64,000 nucleotides of DNA, taken from positions 160,001 to 224,000 of the forward strand of contig CAWAUV010000002.1 of assembly GCA_963785305.1 (NCBI GenBank), in the 5' to 3' direction. The position numbers and the translations under genes are program-made. The stretch's first letter is position 1; every line of letters begins with the position of its first letter. The stretch is from an uncultured Planctomycetaceae bacterium (lineage in GTDB: Bacteria > Planctomycetota > Planctomycetia > Pirellulales > PALSA-1355). Shown in pieces: positions 27,058-37,536 of the stretch. Below the pieces are notes generated by a model. The model did no database searches. It was given only the letters and a program-made list of their open reading frames with translations, and was not told where the DNA came from.

Positions 27058-28823
27058 TTGCTGGCCATCCATTCCCAACCGCTCAATGTGCCCAATTCTC
27101 GCTGGGCGAGCATTTCCCAGGGCGTGCCTTTGTGGTCGTTCACCACGCGTTCGAGGTACATCCGCGACTTTTTCACCATTTTGTCGAGGGTGCTGTCGGT
27201 GGAAAATGTTTCGGCCGGAACCATTGTCCACACATTGTCGTTCGGCCCGCCGGGGCGCTTGCCTTGCTTGAGCTGCGCGACCATCGAGTTGTAGCCTTCG
27301 AACTTGGCCTTGGCCGCGAGCACTCGGCCCATCGAAAGATCATAGGCCGCTTGCCAACGAGCGCCGGTGAGCTTGGCGCGGTCCGATTCGCCCGGCTGTA
27401 GCGCATCATAGAGCGGGCGGAGCATCGGCTCGACCCGCGCCACGGCCTGCTCGGCGCGGTCGCATTCGCGCTTGAGCTTGGACTCGTCCTCGCGCACAAA
27501 CGCCGTGACAAGGCTCATGGCCGCGTCGATCTTGATCGGCGGCAGCATCGCCGCTTTGTGCAGCGCCATGCGACATTTGTTGTCGGCCAGCAGCGCGTCG
27601 TATTCCGCCTGGCTCACATAGTCGGGCGCATAGCGAGCCATGATTTTCGACTCGAAATGCCGCGCCGCCGAGCCCGAGCCCCAGCGCGAGCCGCCGCCAT
27701 CGCCGCCCCCGCGCACAATCAAATACGCGCCATCTTCCGAAGCCTTGCAAAGTCGGCAAAGCGCGAACGGCCCGAAGCCCGAGTCGAGCAGTTCGTTTCG
27801 CAGCGAAAGGCCGCGTGTGTCGAGATCGATCATCTCCGACTCGCGCGATTCGGGACCCACCTGCACGATCTTGCCTAGCTCCATCATCGGCTGCATCGTC
27901 AACGTGCCGTCGCGACCAAAGGGCGCGGGCACGCCGATGCAATACACCAGCACTAGATTCTTCTCCACGATCGGCGCGAGCTCATCGACCTTGGCCATGT
28001 CGTCGCCGCGCTCGTCGGTCACGATCGTGAGCACCAGATAGCGCTTCTGCTCGGTGTGAAACTTCATGAACTCGTCGAGCACCTGCTTGACCGCGCCAAA
28101 CGTGTTTTCCGAGGCGTCGTTGTCTTCGGTCACGCGTTCGAGCGCGGCGGTGAGCTCCGCGGTGTCGTCGGTCGGCTCGGGCGTGAGAATCTCGCAGGTC
28201 TTGCCATAGGCGGCGATCGCCGTGAGCAGCGGGGGACCTTTCGAGGTGTTGGCAAAGCCCTTGTGGCCTTGCTTCTTGAGTTCATCGAATCCCTTGAGCA
28301 CTTCCTTGAGACGGCCGGTCACCGCGGCGCGTTGGCCCGCGGCGCTCGGCGAGCGATCGAACAACCAGATCGCGAGCGTCGGGCGCGTGTCGAGCGTGTC
28401 GACGATCTCCCAGCCCACGCGATCCGTGGCCGATTCGTTGGTCATGTAGTCGGCCTGGGCCTTGGCTTGTTGCAAGCTCCCCGCGGCAAAGGGGCCCGAC
28501 GACCGGCCGCCTCGCGACGAAAATCCACTCGAAGCACTGCTCGAAGAACTGCCCGACGAGCGCGACGGCGAGGGATAATCGGGCTTCGGCGCCGAGGCGA
28601 CCTCTTGCGTCTCGGCCGGCGCCGTTTTTTTCGTCGCCTTCTTCGGTTTCGTTTCGGCGCTGGCCAGTGGCGCCGGCTTTTGCGGCGCGCTCGCCACGCG
28701 ATAGGCGGCAAAGCCGGCGAGGCCCAGCACCGGAATCGCAATCAAAAACACGATCAGCGGCAAATTCGAACTTTTCGGCGGGCGTGAACGGCCGCGCGAA
28801 CGCGATTTGGTATATGAACTCAC
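27054..28823 (-). CDS. vWA-like domain membrane-anchored protein
   Basis: N-terminal TM, WLFDRSPS, ENTF, IVTDERGDD. Confidence 0.75.
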   Translation of the reverse strand: MSSYTKSRSRGRSRPPKSSNLPLIVFLIAIPVLGLAGFAAYRVASAPQKPAPLASAETKPKKATKKTAPAETQEVASAPKPDYPSPSRSSGSSSSSASSGFSSRGGRSSGPFAAGSLQQAKAQADYMTNESATDRVGWEIVDTLDTRPTLAIWLFDRSPSAAGQRAAVTGRLKEVLKGFDELKKQGHKGFANTSKGPPLLTAIAAYGKTCEILTPEPTDDTAELTAALERVTEDNDASENTFGAVKQVLDEFMKFHTEQKRYLVLTIVTDERGDDMAKVDELAPIVEKNLVLVYCIGVPAPFGRDGTLTMQPMMELGKIVQVGPESRESEMIDLDTRGLSLRNELLDSGFGPFALCRLCKASEDGAYLIVRGGGDGGGSRWGSGSAARHFESKIMARYAPDYVSQAEYDALLADNKCRMALHKAAMLPPIKIDAAMSLVTAFVREDESKLKRECDRAEQAVARVEPMLRPLYDALQPGESDRAKLTGARWQAAYDLSMGRVLAAKAKFEGYNSMVAQLKQGKRPGGPNDNVWTMVPAETFSTDSTLDKMVKKSRMYLERVVNDHKGTPWEMLAQRELGTLSGWEWMASK

Positions 28824-29113
28824 GCCAAGGCTCCTCTCGAAGAACCGGGGGGACTGGGGGGCGATGCGCCAATTAGAAATTTAGAAACGTCGTACGGCGG
28901 CGGCGGTGTGCAACCGCCGGCAGCAAAATCCGATTATAACAACCATTCGCTCGCGCCGCCTGCCATGATTCCCGCGAACCGGCACGGCGGACTGAAATTC
29001 GAGCCACCCGACTTTTGGGTAAATCGAACGGCCCGGGTATACTGAGAAGTTGCAAACTCGCCTCGGTCGGCGCCGCCCGAGGATACCCACTTCCAAACCC
29101 GGCGATCGCCAGC

Positions 29114-30145
29114 ATGTTTTCAGGAACTCTCAAAACCTGGGCCTCGGAACACTTGCCGGCGCCGCGGGCCCACGTCGCGGCGCTGCTATGCGCCCTCGCC
29201 ATCGCAAGCCTCGCCACTCGCCCGGCGGGGGCCGTGGTGATCAATTTGGCCAATACGGCCAACACGAGCCCCAGCACATCGGCCGCCGGTCCCAGTTTCT
29301 CGGGCTACTGGGACAATGTGGTCAGCGTCAACGGCGCTTCGGCCGTGTATCTGGGCAGCGGTTGGGTGCTCACGGCCGCGCATGTCGGCGCCGGCTCGTT
29401 TGTGTATGACGGCGTGACCTATTTTCCGGGGACATCGTATTCCAATTTCAACACGCCCACCCTGCCACCCGGGACCGCCGATCTCACCCTGTTTCAGATC
29501 GCCTCGTCATCGTCGGGGCCGACCGACCCGGCGCTGCCCAATGTGCCGATCCAATATGGCAACGTGCCGGGCGTGGGAACGTTTGTGAACGATGCCGGCA
29601 ATGGCTACACCGCGGGAGCGTCGACCGGCAACGGGTTCTCCTGGGCAGGCTCGGTCGGCGAGACCTGGGGCTCGAACAACACGGCCGACGCCTCGGTGGT
29701 CACGCCCTCGGCCTCGGGCCCGGTGATTCCGATCTCGGTCACGGTGGGCAGCAACACCTACACCTCCTACGACCTCGTAACGCAGTTCACCAACGGCGGC
29801 CTCAATACCTCGCAGCTTGCCCCGGGCGACTCGGGCGGGGGGCTCTTCGCGCTCGACACGCTCGGCCATAGCATGCTCGTGGGCCTGAACGAGGCGATCG
29901 GTTCCCAGAATTCCAATAGCGCTACCTACGGAGACTACAGTGTCTATGTGGCCATCGGCGAATACGCCTCGCAGATTCAGGCCGACACGGGGGGCGTGGC
30001 CAGCCCCCTGACCTTCGATGTGTTGCCGACGCCCGAACCGAGCTCGTTTTTGCTCGCGGCGGCGGGTCTGGCCGGCGCCGGGGCCACGCTCTGGCGGCGT
30101 CGAAATCAAGGCAGGGCGAAGGCCGCGGCCCCCGCGAGCCGATAG
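29114..30145 (+). CDS. Trypsin-like serine protease with PEP-CTERM-like sorting signal
   Basis: LTAAHV, ADL, GDSGGG; PTPEPSS + TM + WRRR. Confidence 0.85.
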   Translation: MFSGTLKTWASEHLPAPRAHVAALLCALAIASLATRPAGAVVINLANTANTSPSTSAAGPSFSGYWDNVVSVNGASAVYLGSGWVLTAAHVGAGSFVYDGVTYFPGTSYSNFNTPTLPPGTADLTLFQIASSSSGPTDPALPNVPIQYGNVPGVGTFVNDAGNGYTAGASTGNGFSWAGSVGETWGSNNTADASVVTPSASGPVIPISVTVGSNTYTSYDLVTQFTNGGLNTSQLAPGDSGGGLFALDTLGHSMLVGLNEAIGSQNSNSATYGDYSVYVAIGEYASQIQADTGGVASPLTFDVLPTPEPSSFLLAAAGLAGAGATLWRRRNQGRAKAAAPASR

Positions 30146-30344
30146 GAAACGACGGGCGGCGCAAAAAGCGCGAAAAAACATTTCCAAACGCTGGACAAAA
30201 TCGCTGGCAACGCGGAGAATACGTGCAAGCGAAATTTTTCCGGCGGGTCGGACCGGCGCCAGCATGCGCTGGTTCTTCCGACGGGCCGCCGCGACTCATC
30301 TCACTATATCTTTTCGCGCGGAATCATTACGAGGAGGAAGGCAC

Positions 30345-31430
30345 ATGGCTCGTCGACGGCGTACTCGTGGTTTCACCTTGGTCGAGCTCTTGGTGGTAAT
30401 CACCATCATCGGTATGCTCATGGCGCTCTTGCTCCCGGCCGTGCAGTCGGCGCGTGAAGCCGCCCGGCGCAATACCTGCGCCAACAATCAGAAGAATGTC
30501 TCGCTGGCGATGGTGAACTTCGAAAGCAACCGACATTACTTCCCGGGCTATGCGAACACGATCACGGCCACCGGAAATGGAAACACGACCTATTACTATG
30601 TAAGCTACATCGTGCCTCTGTTGCCGATGCTCGACCACGCCGATCAATACAAGACCTACACCGACACCACGACCGGCAATGGCAATGGTGGCGTCGCGTT
30701 TCAGGGCTACAACAGCCTGTTGGTCTGCCCGAGCAATCCGCCGATCGCGGCCGCCGGCCCAGTGCTGGCTTATGTGACCAACGCGGGCGCCAACACGAGC
30801 GGAACCACGGCCGTGACTTCTCCGCCGGAATACAACACCGATGGCGTGTCGTTTAACACCACCGGCCAAAACAGTTCCAGCAGCGGCAGCGGAACCGCGT
30901 CGGTAATCAAGGTCTCGGGCGATTACATCGGCTCGAACGATGGCACGACCTACACCCTCATGACCACCGAAAATATGCAAGCGGCTCAGTGGACGTGGGT
31001 ATCGGGCAACGCGGGTAACCTTTCCAACATCGGCAGCACGCAAATCGGCTGGACAGCGAGCGGCACGACCTATCTGGCAACCATGAAGGCCACGACCACC
31101 TTCCAATGGGACGCCAATCAGTCATCGGGATTCCTGCAAACACCGAGCAATGTCGCCGAGCAGATCAACGGCTCAAAGACCACGCCGATCAGCACTTCGT
31201 ATTCCTCGAGCGCCTATGCTCGGCCCTCGTCGAATCACCCGGGCGGCGTGAATATGTTCTTCGCCGACGGCCATTATAGGTTCGTCGCCCAGGACATCGC
31301 CTATTCGACCTACCGCCAGCTCATGACTCCAAACAGCGTGGCCTCGGATGTGAATCACGGCTACCTCCAGGTGAGCGGCGGATCCTACTCCGGCAATGCC
31401 ACGCCGGTGCTCGACGAAGCGAGCTATTAA
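30345..31430 (+). CDS. DUF1559 prepilin-type protein
   Basis: [33 protein letters not shown]. Confidence 0.92.
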   Translation: MARRRRTRGFTLVELLVVITIIGMLMALLLPAVQSAREAARRNTCANNQKNVSLAMVNFESNRHYFPGYANTITATGNGNTTYYYVSYIVPLLPMLDHADQYKTYTDTTTGNGNGGVAFQGYNSLLVCPSNPPIAAAGPVLAYVTNAGANTSGTTAVTSPPEYNTDGVSFNTTGQNSSSSGSGTASVIKVSGDYIGSNDGTTYTLMTTENMQAAQWTWVSGNAGNLSNIGSTQIGWTASGTTYLATMKATTTFQWDANQSSGFLQTPSNVAEQINGSKTTPISTSYSSSAYARPSSNHPGGVNMFFADGHYRFVAQDIAYSTYRQLMTPNSVASDVNHGYLQVSGGSYSGNATPVLDEASY

Positions 31431-31470
31431 GCTGGCGGGCGAATTGCCGACTCGCATTTTTGCATATACG

Positions 31471-31508
31471 AACGCCTCGCGCGGACCCAACCGCGCGAGG
31501 CGTTTTTT
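31471..31508 (+). terminator. Intrinsic terminator
   Basis: CGCCTCGCGCGG/CCGCGCGAGGCG stem followed by T6. Confidence 0.85.
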
Positions 31509-31529
31509 CGTATCCGGCCCTGGCGCCCT

Positions 31530-31644
31530 GTGCCATGCCCACGCTTGTCGTGGGCATGAGAACTTCGCCAAAGCCACGCCCACACGCCGCCAAGCCCCCC
31601 TTGCCTCCGTCACGCACATTCCGACGCAAGCGTGGAAATGGCAC
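31530..31644. repeat. Inverted REP pair (REPIN-like) downstream of RAYT
   Basis: REP 31530-31558 and degenerate inverted copy 31617-31644. Confidence 0.75.
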
Positions 31645-31695
31645 TCAGAATTCTCTCTGGCATCCGCCCGGTATTCACTTAATCATCCGGCAATC

Positions 31696-32280
31696 TCAGC
31701 CATCGGCAGTTCGAGGGAGGGACTTTGCGTCGACCGCGAGCGGTCCGGCGCCGGGAGACGTATATTCGCGGGCACTCGACCACGGCCAATCCATCGCGCG
31801 TTCGCAGAGACCTCGTCGCACGGGATTGGCATGGATGTAATCGATCTCAGTCCAAATGGCGCAAGGTTCGGTGAGATTTCGATCAAAGCCGCCCCCGCGC
31901 TGCCAGAACCGGTATCGCACAGTCCCGTTGGGCTGCCGATCTTCCATTTGCCGAAGGAACGCCGGGGCCTCGGCGCGCACATGGATCAAGGCTCTCTTGG
32001 ATACCGGCTGCTTGAGCGTGGTGAGTATTCGGCTGATCGAATACTCTACCCGAGTCGGCCAAAGCAACAAATGCACATGTTCAGGCATGAGCACATAAGC
32101 CCACAAATCGAAACCATGCGTTATTCGACTCTGCTGAATCGCGTCGATCATCCAACGGCAAGCGAGCTCCTTGGAGAGAAACGGACGTCGCTGAAAACAC
32201 GAAAAAGTGATGAAATGCGCATGCCCTGGTGCGTTGCGCCGCCGGCATCGTTTGCGAATCGAGCTCATTCGCCTAGCCAT
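31696..32280 (-). mobile_element. REP-associated tyrosine transposase (RAYT, Y1 HUH)
   Basis: HFITF, MPEHVHLL, FWQRG, YIHANPVRRGL, DWPWSSA; flanked by REPs. Confidence 0.9.
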
Positions 32281-32382
32281 TCAAATCCGCGGTGAAGCAC
32301 TCGCCGTGGCGGCATGCCCGCGCGATCGGTAATTGGAGAATACACGTCTAACGCGTTCCGCTCCATGTACTTTGCGTGTTCT

Positions 32383-32684
32383 GTGCCATGCCCACGCTGG
32401 CGTGGGCATGAGAGCCAAGTTTGGCGATGTCCATGGGATCAATGACTCGAACAAAGTCACGTCTAACGTTACTCGCATGCCCACGCAAGCGTGGGCATGG
32501 CACGCGCTGGGAGCTAGGTTTGGCGATATAAACGACTCGAACAAAGTCACGTCTAACGTTACTCGCATGCCCACGCAAGCGTGGGCATGGCACGCGCTGG
32601 GAGCTAGGTTTGGCGATATCAACGACTCGAACAAAGTCACGTCTGACGTTACTCGCATGCCCACGCAAGCGTGGGCATGGCACG
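32383..32684. repeat. REP cluster: one forward REP plus three inverted REPs in a 90-bp tandem repeat
   Basis: REPs at 32383-32410, 32476-32503, 32566-32593, 32656-32683; period 90. Confidence 0.92.
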
Positions 32685-32712
32685 GGCTTCACGGGGCGCT
32701 GGGAATGGGGGG

Positions 32713-33504
32713 CTACCAACGGATGTGGACTTTGGCCCCGACGCGCACTCCGAGCATGATCGCGGCGCTGTCGCCCACGATCGCCAGCTCGAGTTTGCCG
32801 TCGGAGCCCACCAGGGCGATCAGCGTCATTTCGGGCTGGTCGGCGTAGGCATTGAAGATGCCGCAAGTCTCGTGCTCGTCGCATTCGATGCGCACATCGT
32901 CGGCCCCGCGCGGGGTCTTCGCGAGCGCGTCGGCGCCGATATTGGTGATGAGGTTGCCAAACGAGTCGATCGACTCGACGATTCCCTCGATGCAGCCCGA
33001 GCTCACGCGTGCCTCCGACCAACTATAGGGAGTCAATGCGTCGATCCGCTCGCCCAACGATTCGGCCTCCACGCCCAAACTCAATCGCGCCGCGACCGGC
33101 GCCATGATATCGCGCCCATGAAAGGTCGCCGAGACGCGCGGAAGCCAAAACTCGGGGCGGTTCAAGTGAATGATTGTAGAATCTGGACCGAACCGCGCCA
33201 AACGGCTGAACAGTCCATTGTCGGGCCCCACGAAATCGTGACCGCCGGTTCTGACGAGCACGATCCGCCGCCGGGAGCCGACTCCCGGATCGACCACCGC
33301 CACATGCACTGTGCCGGGTGGGAACCAGTGGCAGGTTTGTTCGAGCATAATCGCTCCGCGGGCAATGTCTTGTGGCGGCACGCCATGCGAGATGTCGACG
33401 ATCTCGGCGGCCGGGTTCAGCGACAGGATCACCCCCTTCATCGCCGCCACGTAGGGACTGCCAACTCCAAAATCGGTCGTCAGGGTAATGATCCGTCGCT
33501 CCAT
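32713..33504 (-). CDS. SAM hydrolase / halogenase family (DUF62)
   Basis: TLTTDFG, VVDPGVG, GPDNG, TFHGRD, DSFGNLITN. Confidence 0.92.
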   Translation of the reverse strand: MERRIITLTTDFGVGSPYVAAMKGVILSLNPAAEIVDISHGVPPQDIARGAIMLEQTCHWFPPGTVHVAVVDPGVGSRRRIVLVRTGGHDFVGPDNGLFSRLARFGPDSTIIHLNRPEFWLPRVSATFHGRDIMAPVAARLSLGVEAESLGERIDALTPYSWSEARVSSGCIEGIVESIDSFGNLITNIGADALAKTPRGADDVRIECDEHETCGIFNAYADQPEMTLIALVGSDGKLELAIVGDSAAIMLGVRVGAKVHIRW

Positions 33505-33636
33505 GGCCGATCAATCCGCCTCGCCGGCCCCCGAAACGGCGCTGTAATATCCGTCTCCCGTCAGCGCCCTTCCGCGTCGCCTGCCGTTCCTTTCCGTGCC
33601 TTCCGTGTCTTTCCGTGGCCACTCCCCGCTCCGGCT

Positions 33637-35108
33637 TCAGCCCGCCGCCCCTTGCACAAGTTTAATCACAATCTCACGAAAGCGGCCGGGGTCGACATTC
33701 GGGTTTCGCTTTTTCGCCTGGCCGATCAGGCTGCTGGCCGCCTGGAGCTTGCCGCCTTGAATATCGGCCACGATCTTGGGATTGGCCGCCACCAGCTCTT
33801 GGGCCAAGGCCACGAGCGCGCTTTCATCGACCTGTTCGATGCCCTGCGATTTCATCACCTCCGCGGCCGATCGCCCGGTGGAGACCATTTCCACAAGCAC
33901 TTCGCGAGCCCGGCTCGTGTTGAGCAAGTTGCCTTGCACCGCCTTGAGCAGCTCGGCCAGCCGGGGCACGGTGAGCGCGAAGTTCTTGATGTCGGTCTGC
34001 TGCTCCTTGAGCAGCCTGAGCACATCTTGCTGCACCCAATTGCTGGCCAGCTTGCCATCGCCCGTGGCCTCGGCGAGCCGCGCGAAGTAGTCGACCAGTT
34101 CGGGGCCCTGGTTCACGAGCACATCGGAATCGTAGGGCGTGATGCCGTGGGTATCTTCCAGCCGGCGCCGCATGGCCGCGGGCAACTCGCCCAGCGCAGC
34201 GCGCACTCGCGATCTCTTCCTCGCTCACGCGCACCGGCAACAGGTCGGGCTCGGGGAAATAGCGATAGTCGCTCGACTCCTCCTTGTGCCGCTGGCCACG
34301 GGTAATGTTGGCCACGTCGTCCCAGCCGCGAGTTTGCTTCGGCACATCGCCGATCTTTTGGCCGGTCTTGCGCCATTCGTCGTATTGCCGAGCCGCTTCG
34401 TATTCCATCGCCTTTTCGACCGCGCAAAGCTGTTCATGTTTTTCACTTCCACGATCGGCGTGGCGATTTTTCCCTCGGGCGCGTCGATATGCAGATTCAC
34501 ATTGGCGTCGACGCGCAGGCTGCCTTCTTGCATGTTGCAGTCCGAAACACCGAGATACGTGAGCAGCAGCTTGAGCTCCGTGAGATAGGCCTTGGCTTCG
34601 GCCGGCGAGCGCATGTCGGGCTGGCTCACGATTTCCAAGAGCGGCGTGCCGGCCCGATTCAGGTCGATGCGGCTATCGGCCTGGCCGGCGAGCTCATCGT
34701 GCATGCTCTTGCCGGCGTCTTCCTCGAGATGCGCGCGAATGATGCCGATCTTCTTGGGCTCGATGCGGCCCTTGGGGTCGCTGATGTCGAGATGTCCGTC
34801 GTGGCTGAAGGGCAAGTCGTATTGGCTGATCTGGTAGCCCTTTGGCAGATCTGGATAGTAGTAGTTCTTGCGATCCCATTTCGTGAAGCGGGCAATCCGG
34901 CAATCGAGCGCCACCGCGGTGCGGAGCCCCAGTTCGAATGCCCTGCGATTCATCACCGGCAGCGTGCCCGGCATGCCGATACACACCGGGCAGGTTTGGG
35001 TGTTGGGCGGCGCGCGAACTTGGCGCCGCAGCGGCAAAACAGCTTGGTGTTCGTCGCAAGCTGCACATGAACTTCAAGGCCGATCACGGTCGTATAGGAC
35101 TGAGTCAT
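33637..35108 (-). CDS. gatB: Asp/Glu-tRNA amidotransferase subunit B (frameshifted in this sequence)
   Basis: [50 protein letters not shown]. Confidence 0.95.
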
Positions 35109-35240
35109 TTGATTTGATTTTCGATTACGATCAAACGGAACTGGAGTTGGCTGCGGCACGGCTATCGCTCGAGCAGCCGATCCGCGAGGCGGTTTCGATT
35201 TACGTTCCTGAAATTGCCGGTGGTCGATTCGCGACCTAAT

Positions 35241-35864
35241 TCATTCTGAGGGAATCGGCACGGCCGCTATCGCCGCATGCAATGCGGCAAGTATTTCGGC
35301 CTCGCTCTGCTCGTTTGGCCGGCATCGTGCCGCCCACGAACCACCGGGGTGGACGATATCCCACGGCGAGCGTTTTTGATTATAGCGACCCGCGCCCGGG
35401 TCATGATTGCCATAGCCGTCTAAATAAAAATTCCAGATCGGCATGAATCGTTGAATCAGCAGCGATTCGCCCAGCGGTATCCAAATATCGTCGACCACCA
35501 GAAACCGGCAGTGGAAATCCTCGATTTCGAGGTTCGTGGTTTGATTAACCGAATCGGCGTGCTCCGACAAGCGATTGAAAAGGACGCGGCCGGGAAGCGA
35601 GCCGACGCCAAAATTGCCACGTCGAGCGCCGGCCGGAATCGCCTTGCCGACGTAGATCGGCCATCCGAACCGATTTCCCCGATTCCGCTCGGCAATCCGA
35701 CGATAGGCGGCAAACCTGCCGGTGTAATAAATCGCGTAGACACCCGCGCCGAGGAACACTTCGGGCGGCGGCAACTTTTCGACCGGGCGATTCAAAATCG
35801 CATTCGCGACGCTCTCGCCAAGATGAACTTTAGCCAGCGGATTGTAGGGCGTCTCTTCTCGCAA
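35241..35864 (-). CDS. Eco29kI-family GIY-YIG restriction endonuclease
   Basis: GVYAIYY, PIYVGKA, WIPLGESLLI, GYGNHDPG.GRY, WDIVHPG. Confidence 0.88.
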   Translation of the reverse strand: MREETPYNPLAKVHLGESVANAILNRPVEKLPPPEVFLGAGVYAIYYTGRFAAYRRIAERNRGNRFGWPIYVGKAIPAGARRGNFGVGSLPGRVLFNRLSEHADSVNQTTNLEIEDFHCRFLVVDDIWIPLGESLLIQRFMPIWNFYLDGYGNHDPGAGRYNQKRSPWDIVHPGGSWAARCRPNEQSEAEILAALHAAIAAVPIPSE

Positions 35865-37021
35865 GCCGGCCTTCCATCGCTAGAGATTGTTGGACGCTAC
35901 GGGCGACCCGCTCGGCGAGTGTCACGGGAACAGCATTTCCCAATTGCCGCATCGATTCGGTCCAAGAGCCTTGAAAGATGAATGTATCCGGGAACGTTTG
36001 CAGCCGCGCTTTCCCTCACCGTGAAATATCGGACATCCCCGTTTGGGTAAGCCAGCATATTTTCGCCCCCCGGCACTCCATGGTCGCCGGCCTTGAGCGT
36101 CTTCGCGGGCTCGTCCATCGGACTTCCGGTATGACCGCCATAAACGCGAGCGCCCATGTTGTGAACGTGATTCAAAACGTCATGTGGTTTATCCTTTGTC
36201 GGGTCCGGCAAATCCCCGATCGCATCGCGAACCGTCAGCCAAGGTTCGGCGTCTGGCCAGAATCGGCCGCCAGCCAGACGTGGAATGCGCGCCTTGTATT
36301 TGGTCGGCGCGGCGCCCCGGCTCCGCTTGGCGATCTTGTGCCGGTCCCAGTATTCTCCGGTAACCCACTGCGAATGCAACAAGGATGCAAGCGAATGCGT
36401 CGGCTCGGGGAATGACCATTTCGCGCGAACATCGCCACGAAAGCCGACGATAAAGACTCGTTCACGCTTTTGGGGCACGCCGTAGTCAGCCGCGTTCACG
36501 CGACGAAACACAACGTGATAATGCAGCCCAGCCGATAGGCCCTTGGTGTGGCAGCGTTCTAAGCGGCCAAGATGGCCGGTCCAATCTTCCTTGCTTCGTT
36601 GGGTCAATTCCGGGTAGGTCAGTTGCAAGACAACGTACTCGAAGAACTTGGCGAACGATGATCGCAGCAAGCCTTTGACGTTTTCAACGATGATCGCCTT
36701 GGGCTGAATCTCTCGCACCGCGCGGACGGCTTCCGGGAACAAGTTGCGAGAGTCGTTTTGCCCGCGATGTTTCCCGCCGATGGAAAATGGTTGGCACGGC
36801 GGACCACCCGCGACCAAATCCGCGCCGAAGTACGGCTTGAAGTCGAACTGGTGGACGTCGACCTCGCGCAGCGGCCAATCAACAACGCCGCGTCGCGTGT
36901 TTTCGCGGATTGTATTGCACGCGTTCCGATTCCATTCAATGACGGCTTCGTGCTTGAAACCGGCCGAAGCCGTCCCCAGCGCCAGACCTCCCGCGCCCGC
37001 GAACAGTTCGATTGCTTTCAT
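35830..37021 (-). CDS. C5-cytosine DNA methyltransferase (frameshift near 3' end)
   Basis: LFAGAGG, GGPPCQPFS, ENVKGL, QKRERV; LGNAVP in shifted frame. Confidence 0.92.
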
Positions 37022-37422
37022 ACGTCCATGAATTTCTTGATGCGACGCGCTAACCGCGCCTGGTCTTTCAATTCGCATTCCCACACGACCAGCGATCGCC
37101 AACCAAGCCGCCGCAAATGGCTTCGGTTGAGCCGGTCCCGCTTGGTGTTCGAATCAAGCTTGGGTTTCCAGAAATCGAGCCGAGACTTCGGAAGCCGGCA
37201 ATTCGGGCAGCCCAGGTGGCGATGCCAAAAACAGCCGTGAACGAAAATGACTTTTTGACGACCGGCAAAAACCAAATCCGGACTTCCCGGCAATCGACCG
37301 TGAAGCCGATAGCGATAGCCCATTCCATGCACAAGCCGCCGCACCGCAAGCTCGGGCTTGGTATTCCTCGACCGAACCAAGCCCATCTGTTTGCTTCGCT
37401 GCGATGGGGTCAGCGTGTCCAT
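37018..37422 (-). CDS. vsr: Very-short-patch repair endonuclease
   Basis: NTKPE, PGSPD, FVHGCFWH, VWEC. Confidence 0.92.
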   Translation of the reverse strand: MDTLTPSQRSKQMGLVRSRNTKPELAVRRLVHGMGYRYRLHGRLPGSPDLVFAGRQKVIFVHGCFWHRHLGCPNCRLPKSRLDFWKPKLDSNTKRDRLNRSHLRRLGWRSLVVWECELKDQARLARRIKKFMDV

Positions 37423-37536
37423 TCCTGTTAGCGTATCGGCTTAACTCCCGCAACGCCAATAGAGACCAAATGTACACCAATGCCCGCCATGAAGTCAATC
37501 AACGCGCCGAGTTTTGCCGACGCCATTAATGTTCCG

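Noticed and set aside
32438..32684. CRISPR-like array of palindromic repeats
   Set aside because: The intervening sequences are near-identical (90-bp tandem), there are no cas genes, and an adjacent RAYT explains the repeats.
32713..33504. Fluorinase/chlorinase biosynthetic locus
   Set aside because: Generic DUF62 motifs in housekeeping context favour a SAM hydrolase.
33637..35108. Programmed recoding or pseudogenisation of gatB, rtcB, rsmG, tauE, dcm, wzx and others
   Set aside because: Frameshifts hit many unrelated and core genes without shared slippery motifs; sequencing indels are the simpler explanation.
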